In this document: piece after piece, positions 50,004 to 59,629 of the stretch
Position numbering within the stretch: the stretch's first letter is position 1
Layout: each line of letters opens with the position of its first letter
DNA from: Geopsychrobacteraceae bacterium
Lineage (GTDB): Bacteria; Desulfobacterota; Desulfuromonadia; Desulfuromonadales; Geopsychrobacteraceae
Reading direction: 5' to 3'
DNA: 64,000 nucleotides
Assembly (NCBI GenBank): GCA_963676795.2
Contig: CAXXTB010000002.1
Coordinates: 1,440,001 to 1,504,000, forward strand
The notes under the pieces: generated by a model
Seen by the model: the letters and a program-made list of their open reading frames with translations, nothing else
Databases searched by the model: none
What the model was told of the DNA's origin: nothing
Program-made: the position numbers and the translations under genes

Positions 50004-51338
50004 ATGGACGCATTGAGGCGGTTGGTCGAGCGGGCCTATTGCAGGTGGTCCGGTAGCCCGAGATTGACATACTATAACAAGTTAAATAAAACACAATTTC
50101 TGCCATATGCCGAGTTGCTTGAGATTCAGGCGCAAAGGCTTGGAGAGTTGTTGAGATATGTTTACAACAATAATGTATTTTATCGTGATAGGTTTGATCA
50201 GGCAGGTATCTGTCCCTCCGACATAAGCACGGCCGAAGATCTGGTAAAATTGCCTATATTGACAAAGGAAGATGTCCGTCAGAATACTGCTCAAATGATC
50301 AGTCATGGTTTTGATATGAAGTTGTTGCAGGCGGCAAAAACTGGAGGCTCAACAGGGAAGTCGCTGAATCTGTATTTTACTGAAGAGTGTAGCGAGTTGC
50401 GTAATGCCTGTGCCAGACGCCATGATTGCTGGTCAGGGTGGCAGCCCGGCGAGCCGATAGCCGCATGCTGGGGCAATCCAAAGTTTCCCAAGACTCTGAA
50501 GGAGAAGCTGAAATTCGCATTGCTGCAGCCTTATATCTTTCTGGATACCATGCATGTGGATAAGGCCTCGGTTGAAGATTTTCTGAGCCAGTGGCGTAAG
50601 GTGAAGCCGACGTTGCTCTATGGGCATGCCCACTCTCTCTATCTGCTGGCACAGTCAATCAGACAATATGGGTTACAGGCACCAAGGCTCACGGGGATAT
50701 TGTCAACCTCTATGATGTTGATTCCTTCAGAGCGCAAGATTATTGAGGATGTCTTTGGTGTCAAGGTGACCGACCGTTATGGGTGCGAAGAGGTGAGCCT
50801 CATAGCCAGTGAGTGCGAACAGCACCAGGGGATGCACCTGAATATAGAACATCTTGTAATTGAATTTCTGCGTGAAGACGGAACTCCTGCGAGTCCGGGG
50901 GGGCCTGGAAAGATTGTGGTAACAGATTTGATGAATATGGCTATGCCATTTATCCGTTATCAGGTTGAAGATGTTGGCGTTCCAAGTGATCGGGTCTGTT
51001 CGTGCGGTCGAGGGCTGCCGCTGATGGAGCATGTCACCGGGCGCGTAGCCGATTTTCTTGTGAAGCCGGATGGGTCTAAAGTTGCTGGTGTTTCCTTGAT
51101 TGAGAATACTCTGACACATTTTGCAGGCATTGTTCAGATGCAGATTGTACAGAATGCCCTTGACCGGGTCGATTTGAACATAGTTCGTAGTGAAGATTAT
51201 ACAGAAAAAACGGCAGATTCTTTAAAGAAATATTTTGAAAATATATTTTCCAGCAATGCGTTGATTGAATTGAATTATGTTGAACGCATACCATCTGAAA
51301 AGTCGGGTAAATACCGCTTTTCTATCTGTAGGGTGTGA
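50004..51338 (+). CDS. Phenylacetate-CoA ligase-family (CapK-like) adenylate-forming enzyme
   Basis: LPILTK, TGGSTG, YGCEE, MPFIRY..D and SGKYR motifs. Confidence 0.88.
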   Translation: MDALRRLVERAYCRWSGSPRLTYYNKLNKTQFLPYAELLEIQAQRLGELLRYVYNNNVFYRDRFDQAGICPSDISTAEDLVKLPILTKEDVRQNTAQMISHGFDMKLLQAAKTGGSTGKSLNLYFTEECSELRNACARRHDCWSGWQPGEPIAACWGNPKFPKTLKEKLKFALLQPYIFLDTMHVDKASVEDFLSQWRKVKPTLLYGHAHSLYLLAQSIRQYGLQAPRLTGILSTSMMLIPSERKIIEDVFGVKVTDRYGCEEVSLIASECEQHQGMHLNIEHLVIEFLREDGTPASPGGPGKIVVTDLMNMAMPFIRYQVEDVGVPSDRVCSCGRGLPLMEHVTGRVADFLVKPDGSKVAGVSLIENTLTHFAGIVQMQIVQNALDRVDLNIVRSEDYTEKTADSLKKYFENIFSSNALIELNYVERIPSEKSGKYRFSICRV

Positions 51339-51345
51339 TCTCATT

Positions 51346-52701
51346 GTGAAGATATTTGATTTTTTATACGAAAAAGAAGAAGGGTATGACGCCGTTCCAT
51401 TGGCGGCAACTTTGATGTTTTGTTGCTATGTATTGACTTGGTTTTTGCAAGTTGGTAACAGAATTGATTTTCTCGGCAGTATAAGAATAGAATTTTTGTG
51501 TGCAATTTTGTTGATATTAATATCTTTGATAAGTGGTCTTAAACTCAGGTTGGCAAATAATCCAATATTTTATGTTGTTATTGTTTTGATTGTCTTGATG
51601 ATTATTCAGATACCTCTTTCATATGTTCCGTCTCATTCATGGGATATTTTCTATAATAGAGTAATTAAGTTCTCTTTTATGGCATTTTTTATTGTCATAT
51701 TTGTAAAAAGCCCGCGTGGGTTAATATTCTTTCTTGCTGCTTTTATGTTGGCATGCGCGAAGATGGGGCAGGAAGGATTGGTGGGCCAGATTACTGGCAG
51801 TATGGTTTGGGAAAATCAAGGAATTATGAGGCTTCATGGGAGTACTTCGTTGTATATGCACCCAAACTCTTTTAGTGGTATGGCTATAGGGACATTGCCT
51901 TTCATTATCTATCTTTATGATAAGGTTCCCTTGTCTATTAAAATATTCTTTATATTCATGGTTATTAGCTCAATAAATATAATTTTACACACAGGATCTC
52001 GTACCGGTTATGTTGCTTTTATTGGTTTGTTACTACTTGTTTTTTTTAGATCAAAAAATAAATTTAAACTGTTTTTCGTCGGCTTAACTCTAGTTTTGAT
52101 AACTGTTAATTTTACTGATGCACAGTATAAGGGGAGATTTGAGTCGATCTTTACGGGAAAAGAGGCTGCTGGTAATTCATCTGGAACAAGGCTTCAGATT
52201 ATGCAAGACGCTTGGGATGTTTTTGTTGAAAACCCTTTTGGTGTTGGTGTGGGTGCTTTCCCGGCAGTCAGAATTGACAGATTTGGTAGGTTTCAAGATA
52301 TTCACTGTTTATATTTGGAAGTTGCTACAAACCTTGGAATTCAGGGATTTATTGTCTTTATAGTATTTGTTTACAAGATTCTTAAAACTCTTATTTTGTT
52401 GAGTAGAAAGATTGACAATGATCTTTATAGGCTTGATGCAGTTAATTTTGCCGTGACTATTGATGACCATAAAATCATGATGAAATATAACAGACATATT
52501 AAAGATTTGGAATTGTTAAAAGCTACTTCAAATGCTGTTTTTGTTTATATATCAGTTCGCCTTATATTGGGTTTGTTTGGACAGGATTTGTATGAAATTT
52601 ATTGGTGGGTAGGTGCTGGTCTCGCAATTGCTATTTTTAATATATATGGAGATTCATCTAGAAAGACCGATGAAATTTGTAGACTGAGTGGAGTTTGCTG
52701 A
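51346..52701 (+). CDS. O-antigen ligase/Wzy-type polymerase
   Basis: Multiple TM helices; HPN, TGSRTG, NPFGVG and H..YL...G..G motifs; start codon uncertain. Confidence 0.82.
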   Translation: MKIFDFLYEKEEGYDAVPLAATLMFCCYVLTWFLQVGNRIDFLGSIRIEFLCAILLILISLISGLKLRLANNPIFYVVIVLIVLMIIQIPLSYVPSHSWDIFYNRVIKFSFMAFFIVIFVKSPRGLIFFLAAFMLACAKMGQEGLVGQITGSMVWENQGIMRLHGSTSLYMHPNSFSGMAIGTLPFIIYLYDKVPLSIKIFFIFMVISSINIILHTGSRTGYVAFIGLLLLVFFRSKNKFKLFFVGLTLVLITVNFTDAQYKGRFESIFTGKEAAGNSSGTRLQIMQDAWDVFVENPFGVGVGAFPAVRIDRFGRFQDIHCLYLEVATNLGIQGFIVFIVFVYKILKTLILLSRKIDNDLYRLDAVNFAVTIDDHKIMMKYNRHIKDLELLKATSNAVFVYISVRLILGLFGQDLYEIYWWVGAGLAIAIFNIYGDSSRKTDEICRLSGVC

Positions 52702-53627
52702 TGGAGAAAGTTTCTATAATTGTATTGACATACAATAGGAAGGATAGAATCCAAAGGCAGGTCAAGGAATTGCTATCTTTGTCATATGGAAGATTAGAAA
52801 TTGTTGTTGTTGATAATTGTTCTGATTTTCTTGTTTCTGAGATTTTGCCTGAAGATAAGAGGTTGTTCTGTGTTAGAAACGAAGAAAATTTGGGTGCGGT
52901 AGGTCGCAATGAGGGAATTAAGGCGGCAAGCGGAAAAATATTAGTAACGCTTGACGATGATGTTTATGGTCTTACAGATGCTGATATAGGCCATATTTTA
53001 GACTGTTTTTCTGATAAGGCAATTGGTGCAGTCAACTTTAAAGTTTTGGAAGAGGGGACTGGACGGTTGATAAACTGGTGCCATCCTCGAGACAGTGACA
53101 TATATTCTGAATGTCAATTTGTTACTTACGAAATAAGTGAGGGGGCTGTCGCTTTTAGATCGCGTGCTTTATCAGATGTTGGTCTTTACCCCTATGAGTT
53201 TTTTATTAGTCACGAAGGGTTGGACCTCTCGCTGAGGCTTATTAATGCCGGTTGGAAAGTTATTTATTCCCCCAAAATTGAAGTGATTCATGGATATGAG
53301 CTTCTTTCTCGGTCTAATTGGAGGCGTTATTATTATGATACGAGGAACCTGCTTTGGGTTGCTGTGCGGAATATGCCTTTTGTGTATGGCGTAAAAAAAG
53401 TATCGGTCGGCTTGACTGCTATGCTTATCTACTCGATACGAGATGGTTTTTTTAAATATTGGTTGAGAGGGGTTGTCGACGCAATTAAGGGGGTCCGGTT
53501 TCATTATCGAAATAGGATAGTAGTCGCGTCAGCTTTGGTTGTCACGTTGAGGGAGATTGATGCTTATCGTATGCGGACGATAAAAAAAATTAAGAAAAGA
53601 CTTTTTTCGACAGAGGTGAAAATTTAG
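52701..53627 (+). CDS. GT2 glycosyltransferase
   Basis: TYNR, VDNCS, RNEG and LDDD motifs. Confidence 0.88.
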   Translation: MEKVSIIVLTYNRKDRIQRQVKELLSLSYGRLEIVVVDNCSDFLVSEILPEDKRLFCVRNEENLGAVGRNEGIKAASGKILVTLDDDVYGLTDADIGHILDCFSDKAIGAVNFKVLEEGTGRLINWCHPRDSDIYSECQFVTYEISEGAVAFRSRALSDVGLYPYEFFISHEGLDLSLRLINAGWKVIYSPKIEVIHGYELLSRSNWRRYYYDTRNLLWVAVRNMPFVYGVKKVSVGLTAMLIYSIRDGFFKYWLRGVVDAIKGVRFHYRNRIVVASALVVTLREIDAYRMRTIKKIKKRLFSTEVKI

Positions 53628-53690
53628 ATAAAATCTTGTATTCTCTATGTAGGGCAAATTGATAACGGCATAATGAAATGAGGTGGTCAA

Positions 53691-55139
53691 ATGAAAAGAT
53701 TTTTCTTATTTTGGTTTGTGTTTCTTCTTTCAACTGTTTCTTATGCGGAAATTACCGATGTTCGAGGTGTCTGGGATTCTGGCGGAACTGTAATTATTGA
53801 TGGATTTGGTTTCGGTCAGAAAGCTCAGCCTGCTCCTGTTGTTTGGGATGATTTGGAGGATGGGCTGTCAAATACTTCTGCGTCTATTGGGGGGTGGGCT
53901 AGTGTAAATTCGCTAGGGATTTCAACGGCTCAACAAAGACATCCATCATCGAACTATTCGGCACATCATAACTTCGTTTCTGAGGCTACTGCTGGTTTTA
54001 GGGGTAATTCGTCACCAGTATCTCAGAAATGGTTTGTTCAATATTGGTTTTATCTTGACCCAAATTTTGATTGGGGAACTTCTGCTTATGGTGCTGGTGA
54101 TCAGTTTCTCGCAAACGTCAAGATTTTTCGTTTGTGGAGCCCTGGAAGTACTTCCGAGAATTTTGTAATGGCTACACGTTATCCTTTGGGCTCTGAAGTT
54201 TTTGCTGTCCCTGAAAATGTTGCCGGTCAGACTTCTGTGTCAACTAATGGTTTGACAAAAAATTCCATGACCAAGGGTGTTTGGCATCAGCTCCAGTTTG
54301 AATTTCAGGACTCAAGCTCTGCTGGTAGTTCAGACGGAGAATTTCGTGTCTGGTTGGATGGTCGTCAGGTTATGGATATGTCTGGCTTTGTTGGTAGAAC
54401 AGACGGATCTTATAAGCGTCCATATATTATTGGTTTTTATAATTCATGGTCTGCTGGTAGTGATTCGGCGGGGTCTCAGGCGCCAAACGATTTTTATATG
54501 GATGATGTCTATGTGGATACATCATGGAATCGAGTTGAGGTATGTGAGGGATCAACATGGGCGGATAAGGGGCAATGTGAGATTCAGATTCCAACTTTTT
54601 GGTCTGACTCCTCCATTTCTGTAACAGTTAATACTGGCGCATTTGCCACTGGAGAGACGGCTTATTTGTATGTAGTAGATGATGGTGGAATTGTCCATGG
54701 TGCTGCTTCGCCCGTTGTTATGGGTGAGTCTCAGGCTGATTCAGTGGACTCTGCTGCTTCATATGATTACGGTGAAATCTCTTTACAGCAATCGAGTTAT
54801 ACTGTTGAGCGATCTGCAGGATATGTCTACTTAACAGTTAGTCGCCTTAATGGGAGTGATGGTGCTGTTTCTGTGCAGTGGTCGAGCAATGGCCTGACTG
54901 CGCTGCATGATGTTGATTATTACGGTGCAGATAACCAGTCGATATATTTCGCCCAAGGGGAAACTTCTAAACAGATAGCTATTGAGTTAATTCAGAATAA
55001 TGCATCAGATGATCGTGTTTTTAATGTTAGTCTTTCTAATGTAGGTGGTGGCGCGATTTTGGGTGATAATGTGTCCGCAACGGTAACTATCTTGGGTACT
55101 GGAAGTATGGCCCCGCCGCCGAATTTGCGACTGAATTGA
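53691..55139 (+). CDS. Secreted protein with a lectin/lyase-like beta-sandwich and a C-terminal Calx-beta domain
   Basis: Signal peptide; WH..QF...G..RVWLDG...YMDDVYV; V.R..GSDGAVSV...DY...F..GETSK.I. Confidence 0.6.
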   Translation: MKRFFLFWFVFLLSTVSYAEITDVRGVWDSGGTVIIDGFGFGQKAQPAPVVWDDLEDGLSNTSASIGGWASVNSLGISTAQQRHPSSNYSAHHNFVSEATAGFRGNSSPVSQKWFVQYWFYLDPNFDWGTSAYGAGDQFLANVKIFRLWSPGSTSENFVMATRYPLGSEVFAVPENVAGQTSVSTNGLTKNSMTKGVWHQLQFEFQDSSSAGSSDGEFRVWLDGRQVMDMSGFVGRTDGSYKRPYIIGFYNSWSAGSDSAGSQAPNDFYMDDVYVDTSWNRVEVCEGSTWADKGQCEIQIPTFWSDSSISVTVNTGAFATGETAYLYVVDDGGIVHGAASPVVMGESQADSVDSAASYDYGEISLQQSSYTVERSAGYVYLTVSRLNGSDGAVSVQWSSNGLTALHDVDYYGADNQSIYFAQGETSKQIAIELIQNNASDDRVFNVSLSNVGGGAILGDNVSATVTILGTGSMAPPPNLRLN

Positions 55140-55768
55140 GATTTTTGCAGGAAATTTGCGTTGATATATACATTTTGACATGGCGGCTCGGTTCAGGTTG
55201 TATTGGAATGGTATAGCAATATAACGAAGGGCGTTCTACATGTCTTAACGGCTACTTGCAGCCTTTTGTATCGGAATACCACTCTTGTCTTTATCTCCGT
55301 GTCTAAAACATATAAGTCGTTCTTTCTGGCGTTGCGTCAGATGGAATTGCTTAATTTAATGAGGCGTTTTAGCTGATCATTGTTTTGTATTTTGCGAAAC
55401 CCTAATCGTTGATATCGGCAAGGAAGTGTCAGTCCTTTGGCTATAAGCGTTACCGCTTGCACACATATATTATTGATTCTTGCCGTAGCAGGATGCTGCA
55501 ATGTTTTTTTGCTGCGGCAGTGCTTTTAGGAGAGATGTGGCTGCTGTGAAATTAATAAAGACTAGTTCTAGATGCAGATTATCGCCAAGCATGTCTCGTA
55601 AATGTCTGCACTATCTGGCGCCTTTGTGTGTGAGGGTGGGGGGATGTTGTAGTTGCTGATATAGTTTATTGAGTAAATGAAATGTCCTGCGCGATATTTT
55701 GTGAGCATGTATGTTTATTGTTTCCCTAGGTGAGTGCTGTACCAAAAGAAGGGGTAGAAGTAATATAG

Positions 55769-56875
55769 ATGGATATTGAGCTGAGCGCAAGAGATCGTGA
55801 GTTTATGGACATGCTGCGTGGAATTTCAATATTTCGCGTCGTTCTCGCACATTTGGGGCTGACCTGGTTTTATCCTCCTTATTCAACATACATAGGTGTC
55901 TTCCTGCCAGTTTTGTTTTTTGTCAGTGGGGCCGTTTCTTATCTCAGCTATTGTCGATATGGAAGTATAGTAACTTATTATGTCAAGAGAATTTCTTCAG
56001 TGGCTGTTCCTTACTATTTAATAGTTCTGGTAGTTTTCTTTTATATTTTTGTATTGAATGAGTTTAATTATCAAGTTGGGGTCTTTAATTTGATATTTAA
56101 TTGGTTAACCTTTAACCCAATGGCGGTACAATCTACGATGCCTTTTCCTTTGGGACAGGTTTGGTTTATTCATTCATTGATAATAATGGCAATATTTTCT
56201 CCAGCTATTTTTTTTATGATAAATAATAAGAAAAGTGCATTGTTCTTTTTTGTTATTCTAATTTTTGTTATTTCTGTAGTTCAGTGCTTTTACAACTTTA
56301 GTAGCTTATTGTATATTGCTGGTCATAACTTTTATCAGCCTTTAAGTAATTCTTTGTTCTTTATATTTGGGTCATTTTATATAAAGTATAGAGAGTATCT
56401 AACGAGGAAAAGTTTGCTCGTTTCAACTTTATTCTTTATTTTGATCTCTTATTTATTCTTTAGGATTACTGGTATATCTGTTGATATCAGAGATCATTCC
56501 TATTCCCCAGACTTTTATTACATTTCTTGCTCTTTTGCCGCTATATTGTTCATGCTTTACATGAAAGAATTTTTGCTATGCGTTTTTAAATATTTGACTC
56601 TCTTGAAGAAGTTTTTTTTGTTTATGAGTAAAAATTCATATTCTGTTTATATTCTACACTCATTTGTTGTTTTCTTTCTTGAAAAGTATTTTGGACTTGT
56701 TGACGTGTCAGATAGTATTGCGAAAATTATTGTTAAAATATTATTAACACTTGTGATTACATCCTTTTTGTCACTTCCGTTTACCATGATGGCAAATAGC
56801 ATTACTTCTTTGATTAGAAGTAAAATGTTTTATCTTTCAAATATTTCAAGAAATATTTATAAGTCAGGTTGTTAG
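55769..56875 (+). CDS. Acyltransferase-3 family membrane O-acyltransferase
   Basis: D.LRG...VV..H, FFVSG, WF and SYSVYILH motifs. Confidence 0.85.
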   Translation: MDIELSARDREFMDMLRGISIFRVVLAHLGLTWFYPPYSTYIGVFLPVLFFVSGAVSYLSYCRYGSIVTYYVKRISSVAVPYYLIVLVVFFYIFVLNEFNYQVGVFNLIFNWLTFNPMAVQSTMPFPLGQVWFIHSLIIMAIFSPAIFFMINNKKSALFFFVILIFVISVVQCFYNFSSLLYIAGHNFYQPLSNSLFFIFGSFYIKYREYLTRKSLLVSTLFFILISYLFFRITGISVDIRDHSYSPDFYYISCSFAAILFMLYMKEFLLCVFKYLTLLKKFFLFMSKNSYSVYILHSFVVFFLEKYFGLVDVSDSIAKIIVKILLTLVITSFLSLPFTMMANSITSLIRSKMFYLSNISRNIYKSGC

Positions 56876-56992
56876 TATGTAAGTCAGTTAGTGCATCATT
56901 GTTTCTGTAAATTTCATTCGGCCTGACAAAGAGACGGGCCACGGTTATCCTCTTTGGTGAATCGCCAAACCCAACCAGAGAGGAAAGAAACC

Positions 56993-57530
56993 ATGACCCG
57001 TCCGGCAGATTATAACGCGATTGAGGATGTTGTAAAACTATTAGCTGATGATGGCTTCGATGCTCTCGGAGAGGCGATCCGCAGAGTTATCAATGAGGCT
57101 ATGCGCCTTGAACGCCAGCACCATCTTGGTGTTGGTCCCTACGAGCGCAGCAATGCCCGTCGCGGCCATGCTAACGGGTATAAGCCAAAGACCGTTCAGA
57201 CTCGAGTTGGCTCTCTTGACGTTGATGTTCCCCAAGTTCGGGATAGCAGCTTTTATCCCTCTAGCCTGGAGAAGGGATTACGTTCGGAGCGGGCCCTGAA
57301 GGTGGCCTTGGCTGAGATGTATGTTCAGGGCGTTTCGACTCGCAAGGTTGCTAAAATTACAGAGCAGCTGTGTGGCTGCGAGGTCACATCGAGCCAGGTG
57401 AGCCGTGCAGCAAAGGAGCTCGACGATATTCTTGACCAATGGCGTAAACGTCCCCTTGGCGCGTTTCCCTACGTCTATCTCGACGCTCGCTATGAAAAGG
57501 TACGGCATAACGGCTCAGTGATCGATGCTT
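56993..57530 (+). pseudogene. Truncated IS256-family transposase
   Basis: NGYKPK, VPQVR, EMYVQGVSTRKV and YLDA.Y.KVR motifs; similarity ends at about VIDA after roughly 180 aa. Confidence 0.85.
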
Positions 57531-57611
57531 ACTATAGGACACCCACAAAGCTGTTGGATGCAATACACACATGTCTTAACATTGCCAAAACATCAAGAAG
57601 GTATTTGCCCC

Positions 57612-58712
57612 ATGACTATGCCCCGATATTCTCAAATTTCTGTTGAAGATACACCTTGGTATCATGTTATTTGCCGTTGCGTTCGTCGTGCATTTCTTTG
57701 CGGTGAAGATTCTGTGACTGGGCAGAGCTTTGAGCATCGACGTGATTGGATCGAACAGCGTATTGGTCAATTGTCTTCAGTATTCGCCATTGATGTGGCT
57801 TCTTATGCTGTCATGAGTAATCATTATCATGTGGTTGTCCGTATTGATACTGGGCGGGTGGAGAATTGGACTGATGACGAAGTTTTGCAGCGCTGGACCC
57901 GGATATTCTCCGGCCCACTCTTTGTGCGGCGCTATATGAATGACAAGGAACGCGCTGAGTTGAGTGACTCGGAACTTGATCTGGTCAGTCGATGGGTCAA
58001 CGTCTATCGGCAGCGGTTGTGTGACCTCTCCTGGTATATGCGTGTTTTGAATGAAACCATTGCCCGTAAGGCGAATGCTGAGGATCAATGCACCGGCCGG
58101 TTTTGGGAAGGTCGTTTTAAGAGCCAGGCGTTACTCGATGACCAAGCGGTTCTGCTGGCGATGAGTTATGTTGATTTGAATCCCGTGCGGGCCGGGATTG
58201 CTGATACTCCTGAAGAAAGCACTCATACCTCGATTCATCAAAGAATCCACGAGATCAAGACATCTGATCGCGCCCAGATATCAAATCAACCTGTGTCGGA
58301 ATCTGCATCTGCGGAAACCTCGAATGTCGTTAGTATGCTGAATGTAAGGAGCGAGTCAGGTCTGTGTCAATTGCCGGTAGCTCCTTTGTTGCCATTTGAT
58401 GCCACTGAAACATTGACGGCATCTGTTCCGTTTCGGTTTGACGATTATCTGGAATTGATCGATGCTTTGGGGCGGGCCGTTCATCCGCAGAAGAGGGGAT
58501 ATATCCCGGATATGGCACCTGCAATCCTAATCCGGATGGGGCTTGACGCTGCGTGCTTCTTTGCTTATGCCGATTCTGTATTGAAGCCATTTGCTTTCGC
58601 CGTCGGCGCCCCTGATAAACTGAGTGATCTGGCAGGAATACGGGGTAGTTGCTATCTTCATGGGGTCGGACCGGCACGCCGTTTGTATCAATCTGAAGGG
58701 CGTGCTGCTTAA
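57612..58712 (+). CDS. REP-associated tyrosine transposase-like (Y1/HUH) protein
   Basis: YH...RCVRRAFLCG, VMSNHYH (HUH), G.FWEGRF and YVDLNPVRAG motifs. Confidence 0.85.
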   Translation: MTMPRYSQISVEDTPWYHVICRCVRRAFLCGEDSVTGQSFEHRRDWIEQRIGQLSSVFAIDVASYAVMSNHYHVVVRIDTGRVENWTDDEVLQRWTRIFSGPLFVRRYMNDKERAELSDSELDLVSRWVNVYRQRLCDLSWYMRVLNETIARKANAEDQCTGRFWEGRFKSQALLDDQAVLLAMSYVDLNPVRAGIADTPEESTHTSIHQRIHEIKTSDRAQISNQPVSESASAETSNVVSMLNVRSESGLCQLPVAPLLPFDATETLTASVPFRFDDYLELIDALGRAVHPQKRGYIPDMAPAILIRMGLDAACFFAYADSVLKPFAFAVGAPDKLSDLAGIRGSCYLHGVGPARRLYQSEGRAA

Positions 58713-58856
58713 CTTATTTGCGATCAGTTGGGGTAGGTGATTGTCCGGTATTTCAGTGGATTAACACGCATCGGCTCGATGCCGAATCTTTATGTGATCT
58801 TGCCCGGGTGGTGTTTTGGTGATATTGTGATAACTCATCAGCTTTAAGGAGCGTTT

Positions 58857-59090
58857 ATGAGCCGCTTGACAATTACTTTAGACGATGAACTGCATCAGGC
58901 ATTGAAAGAGACGGCAGTGCGTCAGGGTCGGCCTATCGGTAAAATTATTGAGGAGGGGCTGATTTTGCGCGGAATAAAGCCTTTGTCCGGGGCTCGCAGA
59001 CTCGTTAATAGGGCGAGGAAGAATGCGGCCTTGACGGAGGAGGACAGTCTTGCTGTTAGTCTTGAGGAAACCCGACGGGTACGTTCGTGA
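58857..59090 (+). CDS. CopG/RHH-type antitoxin
   Basis: RLTITLDDELHQALK; overlaps the PIN gene. Confidence 0.75.
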   Translation: MSRLTITLDDELHQALKETAVRQGRPIGKIIEEGLILRGIKPLSGARRLVNRARKNAALTEEDSLAVSLEETRRVRS

Positions 59091-59524
59091 AAACACCGCG
59101 CGTGTTTATAGTTGACACAAACGTACTGATCGCCGGTTTACTTTCATCTCAGCCAGACAGTCCGACAGTTAGAATTGTCGACGCAATGCTGGATGGTCGA
59201 CTGATTTTTCTACTCACTCCTCAACTTCTGAATGAATACCGTTCTGTTCTTTTGCGCCCTAAATTAATTTCATTGCACGGTCTTTATGAAGAAGATATCG
59301 ACGCTATTCTGACAGAGATAACCGCGAATGCGATCTGGCATGAACTGGTTGATAATGAGAATGCGCATGCACCGGACCCGGGTGATGACCATCTCTGGGC
59401 ATTCCTTGAAATTGAGCAAAGTGCCATTCTGATTACTGGAGATCGACTCCTGTATGAAAATCCACCTCCACAGCGTTCCGTCATAACCCCCAAAAGTTAT
59501 GTGGACCTTTTTTTAGATAGATAG
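59087..59524 (+). CDS. PIN-domain toxin
   Basis: VDTNVL, DPGDD and LITGD motifs. Confidence 0.88.
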   Translation: MKTPRVFIVDTNVLIAGLLSSQPDSPTVRIVDAMLDGRLIFLLTPQLLNEYRSVLLRPKLISLHGLYEEDIDAILTEITANAIWHELVDNENAHAPDPGDDHLWAFLEIEQSAILITGDRLLYENPPPQRSVITPKSYVDLFLDR

Positions 59525-59629
59525 GCTCAGGTCACAGTATTCCGTGGAATTCCGCTATTTTGTATAGATGGATTAATTGCAATTTCGGATGAGTCTGTGA
59601 TTCACGCTTGAACAGGGGAGGGGGAGCGT

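Noticed and set aside
56954..58712. Programmed frameshift fusing the IS256 ORF with the downstream transposase
   Set aside because: The two belong to unrelated families (DDE versus HUH); the overlap is better explained by truncation
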